Origin: Escherichia coli
GTDB taxonomy: Bacteria; Pseudomonadota; Gammaproteobacteria; Enterobacterales; Enterobacteriaceae
Reading direction: 5' to 3' (one strand)
Length of the DNA stretch: 64,000 nt
Assembly: GCF_030013205.1 (NCBI RefSeq)
Contig: NZ_CP122648.1
Shown here: piece by piece, positions 20,669-30,113 of the stretch
Layout: each line of letters starts with the position of its first letter
How positions within the stretch are numbered: the stretch's first letter is position 1
The notes under the pieces: generated by a model
What the model was told of the DNA's origin: nothing
The model's input: only the letters and a program-made list of their open reading frames with translations
Databases searched by the model: none
Translations under genes and position numbers: made by a program

Positions 20669-20932
20669 TTATCTGCTGTCTTTTTTATATAGCTCCTTGA
20701 GCGTATCAAAGACAATTTTCTTAACCATATCAGATTGTTGTTCTGCCATACGCTCTGCATCGTCAATGTAAACTGATGCAGAGCTTTGTTTATCCAATGA
20801 TTCTTCAATCGCTGCAATTATCTCTGAGTTCAGCGACCTGTTATTCATCTTCGCACGCAGCTTAATTTTCGCGTGGAGTTCATGCGGAAGTCTCAAGTGA
20901 AACTGCGCCTCATCGTATTTGCTGTACATCAT
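20669..20932 (-). CDS. mnt: Mnt/Arc-family ribbon-helix-helix repressor
   Basis: 87-aa product MMYSKYDEAQFHLRLPHELHAKIKLRAKMNNRSLNSEIIAAIEESL...DMVKKIVFDTLKELYKK resembles P22 Mnt; the longer 244-aa ORF in the track is an upstream read-through. Confidence 0.75.
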   Translation of the reverse strand: MMYSKYDEAQFHLRLPHELHAKIKLRAKMNNRSLNSEIIAAIEESLDKQSSASVYIDDAERMAEQQSDMVKKIVFDTLKELYKKDSR

Positions 20933-21064
20933 CAATGCCTCACCAAATGGGTGGAATGGCATCGTAAAACCCACTGTACAAATCAACAATCGTACCGTTT
21001 CGGTATGTAACAAATTCCAACCGTAGCCATGCTGCGGCCATTCCTTGTATCTGGAGCAAATTAA

Positions 21065-21734
21065 ATGACAGACATTACAGCCAATGTGATCGTATCGATG
21101 CCTTCGCAACTCTTCACTATGGCTCGTTCTTTTAAAGCCGTAGCCAATGGCAAAATTTATATCGGTAAAATTGACACTGACCCGGTAAATCCTGAAAACC
21201 AGATTCAGGTTTATGTGGAGAACGAAGACGGTTCTCACGTTCCTGTTGCACAGCCAATCATCATTAACGCCGCTGGTTATCCTGTATATAACGGACAGAT
21301 TGCCAAGTTCGTTACTGTGCAAGGCCATTCCATGGCTGTTTATGATGCGTATGGGGCGCAGCAGTTCTATTTTCCGAATGTGCTGAAGTACAACCCTGAT
21401 CAATTACGAACAATTCTTGAAGGAAGTATTATTGATTCTTCAGGCGATGTTTTTGGCTCTCCTGTGCGTGATTTTGAATATTTTGGCGCAGTAGGTGATG
21501 GTGTTGCCGATGACACTAATGCAATTAAATCCGCGGCTGCATGGGTTACTTCTGGAAATTATCGGCAAATAACTACCAGAGAACAAAAGATATATCGCGT
21601 AACATCAACCGTTGATTTTAATTTCGCTAACGGCCGCGGTCACTCGATTCTGATGAAGAGTCCAATCCGACCTGATGCTGGAACCGGCACTGCTTTTCTC
21701 ATTCAGAATACTCGAGACTCGGTATTCAATTTGA
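21065..21734 (+). pseudogene. Tailspike gene, 5' part (P22 gp9-type head-binding domain plus start of beta-helix), interrupted by IS1
   Basis: [58 protein letters not shown]... matches the P22 tailspike N-terminal domain; the frame is cut by the IS1 end at 21735. Confidence 0.85.
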
Positions 21735-21749
21735 GGTAATGACTCCAAC

Positions 21750-22253
21750 TTACTGATAGTGTTTTATGTTCAGATAATGCCCGATGACCTTGTCATGCAG
21801 CTCCACCGATTTTGAGAACGACAGTGACTTCCGTCCCAGCCTTGCCAGATGTTGTCTCAGATTCAGGTTATGCCGCTCAATGCGCTGAGTATAACGCTTG
21901 CTGATAACGTGCAGCTTTCCCTTCAGGCGTGATTCATACAGCGGCCAGCCATCCGTCATCCATACCACGACCTCAAAGGCCGACAGCAGGCTCAGAAGAC
22001 GCTCCAGTGTGGCCAGAGTGCGTTCACCGAAGACGTGCGCCACAACCGTCCTCCGCATCCTGTCATACGCGTAAAACAGCCAGCGCTGACGTGATTTAGC
22101 ACCGACGTAGCCCCACTGTTCGTCCATTTCAGCGCAGACAATCACATCACTGCCCGGTTGTATGCGCGAGGTTACCGACTGCGGCCTGAGTTTTTTAAGT
22201 GGCGGAAAATCGTGTTGAGGCCAACGCCAATAATGCGTGCACTGGCGCGACAT
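21750..22253 (-). CDS. insB: IS1 InsB' (transposase made as an InsAB' frameshift fusion)
   Basis: 167-aa ORF ending ...[18 protein letters not shown], overlapping insA in the -1 frame. Confidence 0.95.
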   Translation of the reverse strand: MSRQCTHYWRWPQHDFPPLKKLRPQSVTSRIQPGSDVIVCAEMDEQWGYVGAKSRQRWLFYAYDRMRRTVVAHVFGERTLATLERLLSLLSAFEVVVWMTDGWPLYESRLKGKLHVISKRYTQRIERHNLNLRQHLARLGRKSLSFSKSVELHDKVIGHYLNIKHYQ

Positions 22254-22447
22254 CCGACGCCATTCATGGCCATATCAATGATTTTCTGGTGCGTACCGGG
22301 CTGAGAGGCGGCGTAAGTGAACTGTAGTTGCCATGTTTTACGGCAGTGAGAGCAGAGATAGCGCTGATGTCCGGCGGTGCTTTTGCCGTTACGCACCACC
22401 CCGTCAGTAGCTGAACAGGAGGGACAGCTGATAGAAACAGAAGCCAC
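22172..22447 (-). CDS. insA: IS1 InsA
   Basis: 91-aa [46 protein letters not shown]... Confidence 0.95.
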   Translation of the reverse strand: MASVSISCPSCSATDGVVRNGKSTAGHQRYLCSHCRKTWQLQFTYAASQPGTHQKIIDMAMNGVGCRASARIIGVGLNTIFRHLKNSGRSR

Positions 22448-22502
22448 TGGAGCACCTCAAAAACACCATCATACACTAAATCAGTAAGTTGGCAGCATCA
22501 CC

Positions 22503-23790
22503 CAATTTGAAAGTAGATGGGGGCGGGGACTCAAATGCGGATTACTATGTTCCTGGAAGCACAAACTTCGTTGACTATAGCCAGGCAGACCCGGCAGGCG
22601 CCCAGACAGCATTTTATATCAGGGGGGTCAGAAATTCTGATATTGATGTGACTGGGCTTAAATTTGCAGGGCGAGTTCTTCGCACCAATGCGTTGGACGT
22701 TGCCGCTGGTGGGATTATCAAAACATCGTTCAATACATTGCGCATTAAGACTGGGGACCAGGGGGCCGGTGAAACTGTACGTTGTGGTCAGGCGTATTAT
22801 CTACAAGGTGATGATTCTGCATGGGGCAAGATTGATCGCGCCTGGCTTAACTGGGACAGGTTTGGCAGTGTGCATTACAAACTAGTGGATGTTACCATTG
22901 GGAATATAGAAGCTGGTTTTGCAGGTAACGGCGGGCTTCAGTTTTATGGGATAGCTACCGCCCACATTGGAACTCTTTCCGTTGGTGATGAGACATTAAC
23001 TAACACTAATATCTTGTTCGCTAACTCAACGGACGGACAAGAATGTATTGCAGTACATATAGACAGAATCTTTACTGGCTCAGGTAATATCGGGGTAGAG
23101 CTAAGGGGTTCTAATGGGGGTGGTGGTGGTAATAGACCAAACTTTGATATCAACAGCATCTACGTAATTACGTGTGCAAACAGCAATGTCATATTGAACG
23201 GAACCAATAATAGCATCATAAGGAATATTCAATCTCAGGGCGGCGCTGTTGCCGTTAGATTGCAGCGGGTTATAAGAAACCTTCATCTCACTATTAATAG
23301 CTCCTCTGAATCAGGATCTAGCATCCTCGCAGACCCAGGTTCAAACATAAATAACTTGTATGTTAATGGCAGGAGTTACGGTAATACAGGAGCAGCTACT
23401 GTAGACCTTTTAGCCGCTACTGGGGGTATGCGCTGTGTGTTTGATGGATATACCGTGCGATCTGGAATGGCAGCGTACGCCATTCCAGTAACAAACTCTG
23501 TCACCATTCAAAATGGTGAAATAGATATATCATCTGGAGGTGTTGCTTTCTCGGTTGGAGTTCCAAGGGTAAACGTAAATAACGTTGGGTTTATTACTAG
23601 GAATAGAGGGTCAGGTTTAATTTTGGCAGGAAACCAGACCATTACTATCTCTCATGGTCTTGCACAACAGCCAACAGAAATATGTGTGACGCCATTATCA
23701 ACAGCAACTGGGTTTAGAGTGCTTAATATTACAGCGACATCATTTGATGTGAGATTATCCTCTGCATTAGGTGGTTCGGATCCAGCTTAG
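22503..23790 (+). pseudogene. Tailspike gene, 3' part (receptor-binding beta-helix domain)
   Basis: Frame continues directly from the 5' part once IS1 and one TSD copy are removed (...DSVFNL|KVDGGGDSNADYY...); Gly/Asn/Thr-rich beta-helix-like repeats. Confidence 0.8.
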
Positions 23791-23828
23791 ACATTCAATT
23801 GGTTTGCATCATGTGAGTATCATTAAAA

Positions 23829-23860
23829 TATTAAGGGGGCGCGCCCCCTTAATATTTTTG
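23829..23860. terminator. Bidirectional intrinsic terminator between tailspike and the glycosylation cassette
   Basis: GC-rich palindrome AAGGGGGCGCGCCCCCTT flanked by A-run and T-run. Confidence 0.6.
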
Positions 23861-23861
23861 C

Positions 23862-24794
23862 TCACTTACCAATACTTAAGTAGAAAAGAGATTTCATCTC
23901 TCTTCTGCTTACAGTTATTGCCTGCAATATGATCCCGCACATAAATGACAGGACTGAAATAAGCATAATTGCACTTGCTGCGACTGCCGTTGGCAATCTT
24001 GGTACCAGTCCTGTTTCTGCAAACTCTTTAACGATAGGCAGGCCAAGAGATAGAGAAATAACCGCAAAAAAGCATGAAAGTATTCCGAAGAAATATATTG
24101 GTCTTTCAATTGCATAAAGCTTTATTATAGTCTTCAGGATTCTGAATCCATCTTTGTAAGTTGAAAGCTTACTTTCAGAACCATCAGGTCTGCTTCCATA
24201 ATATGTATCTACTTCACCATATTTCATACGTAATTCCAGAGCATGAATCGTCAGCTCTGTTTCAGTCTCAAATCCTCTTGACTGGCTTGGAAAAGATTTT
24301 ACATATCGTTTTGTAAAAGCTCTATATCCTGAAAGCATGTCAGTAAATTCACCTTTAAATATTGTCGTAACAGTGCCAGTTAAAACTCTGTTTCCAAACC
24401 TGTGACCAGATCGATATGTTTTTATAGACCCATCATCTTTTCTACATCCAACAACCATATCTAGGTCATCATCAATAAGTTTATCGATGAGTTTTTTTAC
24501 AGCTGCTGCCTCATAGGTATCATCGCCGTCAACCATGATGTAAATGTCAGCATCAACATCAGCAAACATTCGTCTAACAACGTTACCTTTCCCTTTTAAG
24601 TTAACGTGCTTAACTATAGCTCCAGACTGTTTTGCTACATCTCCGGTAGAGTCTGTGGAATTATTGTCAAATACGTAAATATCACCTTCCGGAAGGAACC
24701 TTCTAAAATCTGTGACGACATTAACTATAGAAAGCGCCTCATTATGGCAAGGTATTATAACTGCAACTTTAAAACCTCTGTAGTTATTCATCAC
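23862..24794 (-). CDS. GT2-family polyprenyl-phosphate glycosyltransferase (GtrB-like architecture: GT-A domain plus two C-terminal TM helices)
   Basis: 310-aa ORF with ...AVIIPCHNE... and ...MVDGDD... (DxD) motifs and a hydrophobic C-terminus; N-terminus diverges from canonical GtrB. Confidence 0.7.
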   Translation of the reverse strand: MMNNYRGFKVAVIIPCHNEALSIVNVVTDFRRFLPEGDIYVFDNNSTDSTGDVAKQSGAIVKHVNLKGKGNVVRRMFADVDADIYIMVDGDDTYEAAAVKKLIDKLIDDDLDMVVGCRKDDGSIKTYRSGHRFGNRVLTGTVTTIFKGEFTDMLSGYRAFTKRYVKSFPSQSRGFETETELTIHALELRMKYGEVDTYYGSRPDGSESKLSTYKDGFRILKTIIKLYAIERPIYFFGILSCFFAVISLSLGLPIVKEFAETGLVPRLPTAVAASAIMLISVLSFMCGIILQAITVSRREMKSLFYLSIGK

Positions 24795-24801
24795 ATAACC
24801 T

Positions 24802-26160
24802 CTACATGTAATATCTAGTAATAATGGAAGGAATCATTGCGTTCAACGAAACAATTAACATTATAACTGTGATAATGTACGCAATCATTTGTTTTTTCTT
24901 GTTCTGGCTCATTAACAAGAAGGCGGAAATAATTACAGGAATCACAAAGTATCGCCCCTGAATACCAATTATAACATCGGTAGGAAATTTTGAATATTGC
25001 ACAAGTAATGCGCAAAAAATCAATGCTGCTGACCCAAGTGACACTATAGCCACTGATAAGGAAAAGAATATATGTTTTTTGATTTCCGAATAAGAAATAG
25101 ATAATGATATTAATGCAACTATTACTACAAAAGAAACAATATAAAGATAGGTTGGCATCCATATGTCTAGCCACCCCAACTTCCCTACAAAACTCTTGAA
25201 GTAGAATGAACTGCGACCGTAATCAGAAATGGTATTGTAAATTATACTTAAAATTTCAAATGGATGTTTTAAGTAATATGCTATAACCTCGCCTTGACTT
25301 ATTCCAGGGTGGTTTACCCCTCCATCCACGGTTATTGATATTGTTAATCCTATCCATCCTAGAGATAGCACTGCAGCAAAAAATGGAGGTAACAATCTTA
25401 TTTTTGATTGTGAATAATATGCCGCAATGAATGGTAAAATCAACACTGGTATAAGGTTAGCCCTGCTTGAAACTAGAATAAATGCAATAAATGAAATAAA
25501 TATTAAGCAGGTGTCTCCAATCTCCTTTTTCATTGCCCCTCTTGCAAGTAAGCACATCATAAGAACAGACAATGATGTTGTTATACCATCTATAGTTGTT
25601 GCAATGAACTGAAAAAGCATCATCGGCATGACCATAACACATAAAGCAAGTGCTGGTATTCTATATATGCTATTGGCATATATAATGATTGAGATGCAAG
25701 TTATAAATGCCAGAAATCGCGATATTTTATAAGTGTCTAGGATGGATAAATTAAAAGCTTTACCAAACATAATCCCTATTGACTGAGGGATGTATACAGC
25801 GGGGAAGTAAAATGCTGTGTTTGGTATCTCTTTGTATACTTTGTTATCCCCCCAATTTTTCATATCAATGCCTAACATCATTGAATTGGATATTTTCCCA
25901 ACATGTCCATTATTAAATATTTCAAATGAGTCATTTAGAGACTTATCAATGTAACCACCTGACTTAAAACCATCGTTATTATTTAGGGTTATTACCCCGT
26001 TAGTAAGAAGATAAGCGCGTGAAAAATGATGTGGCTCATCAGGGCTCATAAATGGTGGAGTTACAGAACTTATCGCAATATATAAAACAAAAGAAAAGAT
26101 AAATAAAAATAATTTTTTATGTAATGATTTCATTTGGCAATCACTTATCATTAAAAACAA
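24802..26160 (-). CDS. Polytopic membrane glycosyltransferase (GT-C/GtrC-like, serotype-specific O-antigen modification candidate)
   Basis: 452-aa AT-rich multi-TM ORF between gtrA and the GT2 gene; 20-bp overlap with gtrA. Confidence 0.55.
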   Translation of the reverse strand: MFLMISDCQMKSLHKKLFLFIFSFVLYIAISSVTPPFMSPDEPHHFSRAYLLTNGVITLNNNDGFKSGGYIDKSLNDSFEIFNNGHVGKISNSMMLGIDMKNWGDNKVYKEIPNTAFYFPAVYIPQSIGIMFGKAFNLSILDTYKISRFLAFITCISIIIYANSIYRIPALALCVMVMPMMLFQFIATTIDGITTSLSVLMMCLLARGAMKKEIGDTCLIFISFIAFILVSSRANLIPVLILPFIAAYYSQSKIRLLPPFFAAVLSLGWIGLTISITVDGGVNHPGISQGEVIAYYLKHPFEILSIIYNTISDYGRSSFYFKSFVGKLGWLDIWMPTYLYIVSFVVIVALISLSISYSEIKKHIFFSLSVAIVSLGSAALIFCALLVQYSKFPTDVIIGIQGRYFVIPVIISAFLLMSQNKKKQMIAYIITVIMLIVSLNAMIPSIITRYYM

Positions 26161-26500
26161 TAAATTTTGCGTACAAGAAGCCTATAAATAAGCTTATTGC
26201 TGAAAATATAATGGCGCTAAGCATAGGTGGCGTATAAAGTATGTCTCCAACCCATCCAACGCAAGAGCTGAGTATTCCCATAAATCCCACATAGAGTAGA
26301 TATCGCATTGTTGATGTTCTTGACATAAATGTGAATCTGGCATTTGCAAAGAATGAGAAGCTTACTGCAAAGATAAAACCGGCTAAATTAGATAACGCTT
26401 GGGTTGCGTGCATTGAATAATAACAAAAAGCAAATATAACCCAATGTATGATTGTGTTGATGATGCCAATAGATGTGTACTTAGCGAACAATTTTAACAT
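26141..26500 (-). CDS. gtrA: GtrA-family flippase-like small membrane protein
   Basis: 119-aa ORF MLKLFAKYTSIGIINTIIHWVIFAFCYY...FFANARFTF... matches the GtrA family. Confidence 0.85.
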   Translation of the reverse strand: MLKLFAKYTSIGIINTIIHWVIFAFCYYSMHATQALSNLAGFIFAVSFSFFANARFTFMSRTSTMRYLLYVGFMGILSSCVGWVGDILYTPPMLSAIIFSAISLFIGFLYAKFIVFNDK

Positions 26501-26650
26501 TTTTTTGTCAACTAACTCTTAAAGGGGGGAGTCTATCACTTTAGTCTCAATCGATCGATACTTGCTGTGGTTGATGGGGCAAAACTGAGACACAAAAAGC
26601 TTTGCACTGGATTGCAAGGCTTTGTGCACTTCGATAGTGGTTAAGGTGGA

Positions 26651-27808
26651 TCACTCCACCTTTTCATCAATCCAGTCCGCCCACCACTGCATCATCTCCC
26701 GGCGCTTATCGAGATACTGAGCATGGTTGTAAATCCCGCGCACAGATCCGCCGTTGGCATGTGCCAGTTGCACTTCAATAGCATCAGCAGGCCATTCGTG
26801 CTCGTTCATAATCGTGCTGAATTCATGCCTGAATCCGTGACCGCTTTCCAGACCTTCATAGCCGATTTGTTTGATCACAAGCAGTACAGCGTTCTCGCAG
26901 ATTGGCTTCTTCTTATCGTTGCGCCCGGCAAAAACAAACTCTGATACTGGTTTAGTGATTGAGCTTAGTGTAGTGAGAAGTTCAACCACCTGGTCTGACA
27001 TCGGGACAACATGAATTTTGCGTCCCTTCATCACACTGGCGTCGATGGTGATAATCCTGTTTTCAAAATCGACGTTCTTCCATAGCATGGAACGAAGCTC
27101 TTTTGTTCTTAGGGCTGTGTAGCGTAAAACTTTGGTCGCAATGAGCGATACGATACTTCCTGAAAATGTTGCAAGTGCTTTGTTGAATGCCGGGATCTGG
27201 TCGGCAGGTAAAAACGGGAAGTTCTTCTTGCGGTATCCCTTCATGGCGTCAGCAAGGTCAGGTGCCGGGTTATATTTAGCCCTACCAGTAACAATAGCGT
27301 AACGGAAAACCTCGCCGCATCTTCTGCGTGCTTTGTTGGCTCGCTCCATTGCACCGCGATCTTCAAATCTGCGGATTACTTCCAGAAGTTGCATCGGCTC
27401 AATATCCTGAATTTCAAGGCCGCCGATGATAGGTAAAATGTCGTCATCAAACATTTTTGCAAGTTCATTTGCATAGCCTACTGACCAGACTTGCTTCTTG
27501 TGCTCGTACCATTCCTTGTAAATGGCGCTAAAGGAATTGTTGTTAGACGAAGCCTTTTTCGCCTTTACCGGATCGATGCCAACCGAGATGTCTTTCCTCG
27601 CAGTCCATGCTTTATCCCTTGCCTCTTGCAAAGTCATAAGCGGATATTTTCCGACGGTCAGGATTTTCTCCTTACCGTCAATCTTGTAGCGAAGCTGCCA
27701 TACCTTTTTCCCTGATACAGGGACATAAAGATACAGGCCATTACCATCGAGTAGGCGGTATGGTTTTTCTTTCGGCTTTGCTGCTTCAATCTGCTTAACG
27801 GTGAGCAT
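26651..27808 (-). CDS. intS: Tyrosine integrase, IntS/CP4-57 type (DUF4102 arm-binding N-domain)
   Basis: Start taken at MLTVKQIEAAKPKEKPYRLLDGNGLYLYV...; C-terminal ...HGFRHEFSTIMNE... catalytic region; adjacent to an argW-derived att copy. The track's upstream GTG start is judged less likely. Confidence 0.85.
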   Translation of the reverse strand: MLTVKQIEAAKPKEKPYRLLDGNGLYLYVPVSGKKVWQLRYKIDGKEKILTVGKYPLMTLQEARDKAWTARKDISVGIDPVKAKKASSNNNSFSAIYKEWYEHKKQVWSVGYANELAKMFDDDILPIIGGLEIQDIEPMQLLEVIRRFEDRGAMERANKARRRCGEVFRYAIVTGRAKYNPAPDLADAMKGYRKKNFPFLPADQIPAFNKALATFSGSIVSLIATKVLRYTALRTKELRSMLWKNVDFENRIITIDASVMKGRKIHVVPMSDQVVELLTTLSSITKPVSEFVFAGRNDKKKPICENAVLLVIKQIGYEGLESGHGFRHEFSTIMNEHEWPADAIEVQLAHANGGSVRGIYNHAQYLDKRREMMQWWADWIDEKVE

Positions 27809-27969
27809 GGGTAAAAATCCGGTGGGTAAAATTATTTTATCCACTTTTTACCCGTCATGGAGTGCGGCTGTCAACGATCTGACGCGAACCATGACGAACC
27901 GTGAATATACGGAAGGCTTGATATTCAGGGTATTTTGCGGACTGGTACGGATGGGAGCGAACTGATAAA

Positions 27970-27991
27970 TGGTGTCCCTGCAGAAATCATC
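27970..27991. repeat. argW-derived att copy at the junction of the two tandem islands
   Basis: TGGTGTCCCTGCAGAAATCATC versus argW TGGTGTCCCCTGCAGGAATCGA (one missing C, two mismatches). Confidence 0.7.
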
Positions 27992-28205
27992 TTAATTATT
28001 ATCATATTGATTTATATGTTATTTATTTTAGCCATCTTGTTTTTGTACCCGTTTTGTACCCGTTTTATTCTATTCCCAATTTAAACTTCGATTCTGGAAA
28101 GGTGAGTAGGGGAGGTTATCATTTTATGTATCATTGTTGTAGACACAGAATAATTACTCGCCTATCCTCACTGTATACACACCATAGATACAGGAGTTAA
28201 CCCAC

Positions 28206-28454
28206 ATGCGCACACAGGTTGTATTGCAAAAATGGGGTAACAGCATTGCCCTTCGACTAACGGGAAACCTTAAAACCGTTCCGGGTTTTTCAGTGGGTGA
28301 TATCGTCAACGTTGAAATTAGTGAAAAAGGGCTTTTTGTAGAAAAGCCTGCACGCCGTCGCCTGAGTGAAGCCGAACTACTCGCCGGGATAACGCCAGTT
28401 ACAGCGCACGCTGACGAAATTGCCACCCCATTCAATGAGGAGGTTGATTACTGA
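28206..28454 (+). CDS. MazE/PemI/ChpS-family antitoxin (AbrB/SpoVT fold)
   Basis: 82-aa ORF MRTQVVLQKWGNSIALRLTGNLKTVPGFSVGDIVNVEISEKGLFVEKP... Confidence 0.8.
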   Translation: MRTQVVLQKWGNSIALRLTGNLKTVPGFSVGDIVNVEISEKGLFVEKPARRRLSEAELLAGITPVTAHADEIATPFNEEVDY

Positions 28455-28798
28455 TGTTTGTACCTAAGCGTGGTGATATTTGCTGGCTGGATTTTGAGCC
28501 GCAGAAAGGAAAAGAGATCGGAAAGTATCGCCCGGCACTCATACTATCCCATGAGCAATATAACCGACTCACCGGGCTTGTCATATGCTGCCCCATAAGT
28601 ACGAGCATACGAAATGCTCCCACAGAAGTTCCGGTAACAAATCTGGACGCCCCCAGCGTGGTAGCAACCACACTCATTCAAACCCTTGACTGGCGTCAGC
28701 GGAAAGCGCGCTTAATCACAGAGGCAGAAGATGGGGTATTTAATGATGTGCTTGAAAGAGTCATTACTCTGATTGGTGGAGAGCATCTGCTTAAGTAA
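28454..28798 (+). CDS. MazF/PemK-family endoribonuclease toxin
   Basis: 114-aa ORF MFVPKRGDICWLDFEPQKGKEIGKYRPALILSHEQYNRLTGLVICCPISTS..., start overlapping the antitoxin stop. Confidence 0.8.
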   Translation: MFVPKRGDICWLDFEPQKGKEIGKYRPALILSHEQYNRLTGLVICCPISTSIRNAPTEVPVTNLDAPSVVATTLIQTLDWRQRKARLITEAEDGVFNDVLERVITLIGGEHLLK

Positions 28799-28841
28799 AA
28801 GGAGGGCTGAGAAGCCCTCAACGTTACCGGAAATTTCCTTG

Positions 28842-30113
28842 CTATTCTTTCCAGTCAATCCCATCCAGTAAGCACCCTGCCTCATATTGCCCCACCACCC
28901 AGTCAAGGTTACAGGACTCATAGAACGCGAGGCGATTATACTGAGGCTCGTTTTTTACCAGGCCACGAACGGAACCACGCTGCCAGTACAGACACAGATT
29001 GGCAAGAGGTGTGATCAATACAGCATTGTCCGGGAAAAATGGAACGGTCACAGCCGGGAGATTCCCCAGAACGGGATTTTTAATGATTTCCTCGTTAAGC
29101 AAAATTTCCTGATTCATCTGCGATGGATCAAGACGGTTTATCAAAGGCCATTGTTTACGGACCAGCGTATTGTGACTGCATACGGCCACAATGCCTTCCT
29201 GCCACTGTTCATCAATCATGGATTGCCAGGCATCCAGAACGAGCGCATCTATCGTATGGTGTGTACCGCGTATATTACTTTTCGGTGATGAGACAGAAAG
29301 GCCGCTGATAACCCTTCCCGCCGCTTCATTTCGAAACTTCTGCAACCAGCCCACGCCGCAATCGTCACGCCCCGGATATGTTCCGGGATCTGATACATCG
29401 GCATAGTGCGTACCGTTAAAACCAATCTGAATCAAATCCAGCCATTTCTGGCGTTCAAAAGCAGCCCGGGCGCTTCCTTCAAGACCGTTTGCGGATGCGT
29501 GAGCATCAACATTGTCGTAGTTCAGCGCAAAATCAAAATTAACCTGCTCGCAGCGGTAGCCCCTTGAAACCAGTGAATGCGCCTGTAGTGGCGAGCGGCG
29601 CTCGTGAGGTGGCGATGTACGTGCTAACGGCCCCGAAGCGTCTACCAGCACAACCTGACCTGATATATCCGTAACAGGCACGGGAGTTATTTCAGCAAGG
29701 AAATTTGCCTGCCATCCACTGGCAAGCGTTGCACTCTGGCGGGGGACGGGTTCAACTTCTGACGAATAGCGCGCAGTGTCACCGGAAAAGTGCAAATCCT
29801 TCGGATGCTTTCCGGTTATCGACTCGATAGCGCAATTGAAAACCATCTGAGACTGTTGATTTCGTTGTGATACAACAGAATCAGCAGTGCAATTATAACG
29901 CTCAATGCCGTCGTTATTACCCCCACCGCTTGCAGTATGCAGGGTGTGAAGCTCAAGCTCACGCTCCAGTTTTTGATATTCATTGTCCAGCGCGCGACGC
30001 GTCTCATCGCTTATGCTTGCTGTGTTTGCTTTCAGGCGATTCCGGGACATTAATCCCCTGAGTCGGCTCACTATATCAGCGCCGTGCAAATGTGGAGTAT
30101 TCAGACCGCCCAT
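28842..30113 (-). CDS. P2 gpN-family major capsid protein homologue with divergent N-terminal region
   Basis: Start taken at internal ATG 30113 (TAATG overlap with the upstream gene stop). C-terminal two-thirds align by eye with P2 gpN (...YRCEQVNFDF..., ...GWLQKFRNEAAGRV..., ...GNLPAVTVPFFPDNAVLITPLANL..., ...YESCNLDWVVGQYEAGCL...). Confidence 0.7.
   Translation of the reverse strand: MGGLNTPHLHGADIVSRLRGLMSRNRLKANTASISDETRRALDNEYQKLERELELHTLHTASGGGNNDGIERYNCTADSVVSQRNQQSQMVFNCAIESITGKHPKDLHFSGDTARYSSEVEPVPRQSATLASGWQANFLAEITPVPVTDISGQVVLVDASGPLARTSPPHERRSPLQAHSLVSRGYRCEQVNFDFALNYDNVDAHASANGLEGSARAAFERQKWLDLIQIGFNGTHYADVSDPGTYPGRDDCGVGWLQKFRNEAAGRVISGLSVSSPKSNIRGTHHTIDALVLDAWQSMIDEQWQEGIVAVCSHNTLVRKQWPLINRLDPSQMNQEILLNEEIIKNPVLGNLPAVTVPFFPDNAVLITPLANLCLYWQRGSVRGLVKNEPQYNRLAFYESCNLDWVVGQYEAGCLLDGIDWKE

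Larger units (their letters stand above)
21735..22502 (-). mobile_element. IS1 insertion sequence (768 bp) with target-site duplication
   Basis: IS1 terminal inverted repeats (GGTAATGACTCCAACTTA... and ...AAGTTGGCAGCATCACC), insA and insB' inside, flanked by direct repeat CAATTTGA at 21727-21734 and 22503-22510. Confidence 0.95.
15033..27969. mobile_element. Degraded P22/Sf6-like prophage remnant (CPS-53/KpLE1-type argW element)
   Basis: Contains P22-type terS fragment, gp10, tail needle, ejection protein, Mnt, tailspike, gtr cassette and IntS-type integrase, bounded by argW-derived att fragments; early, lysis and head genes absent. Confidence 0.8.

Noticed and set aside
20933-21403. Upstream part of the 244-aa minus-strand ORF containing the Mnt-like gene
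   Set aside because: Only the last 87 codons resemble Mnt; the rest lies antisense to the tailspike 5' end and has no recognisable features.
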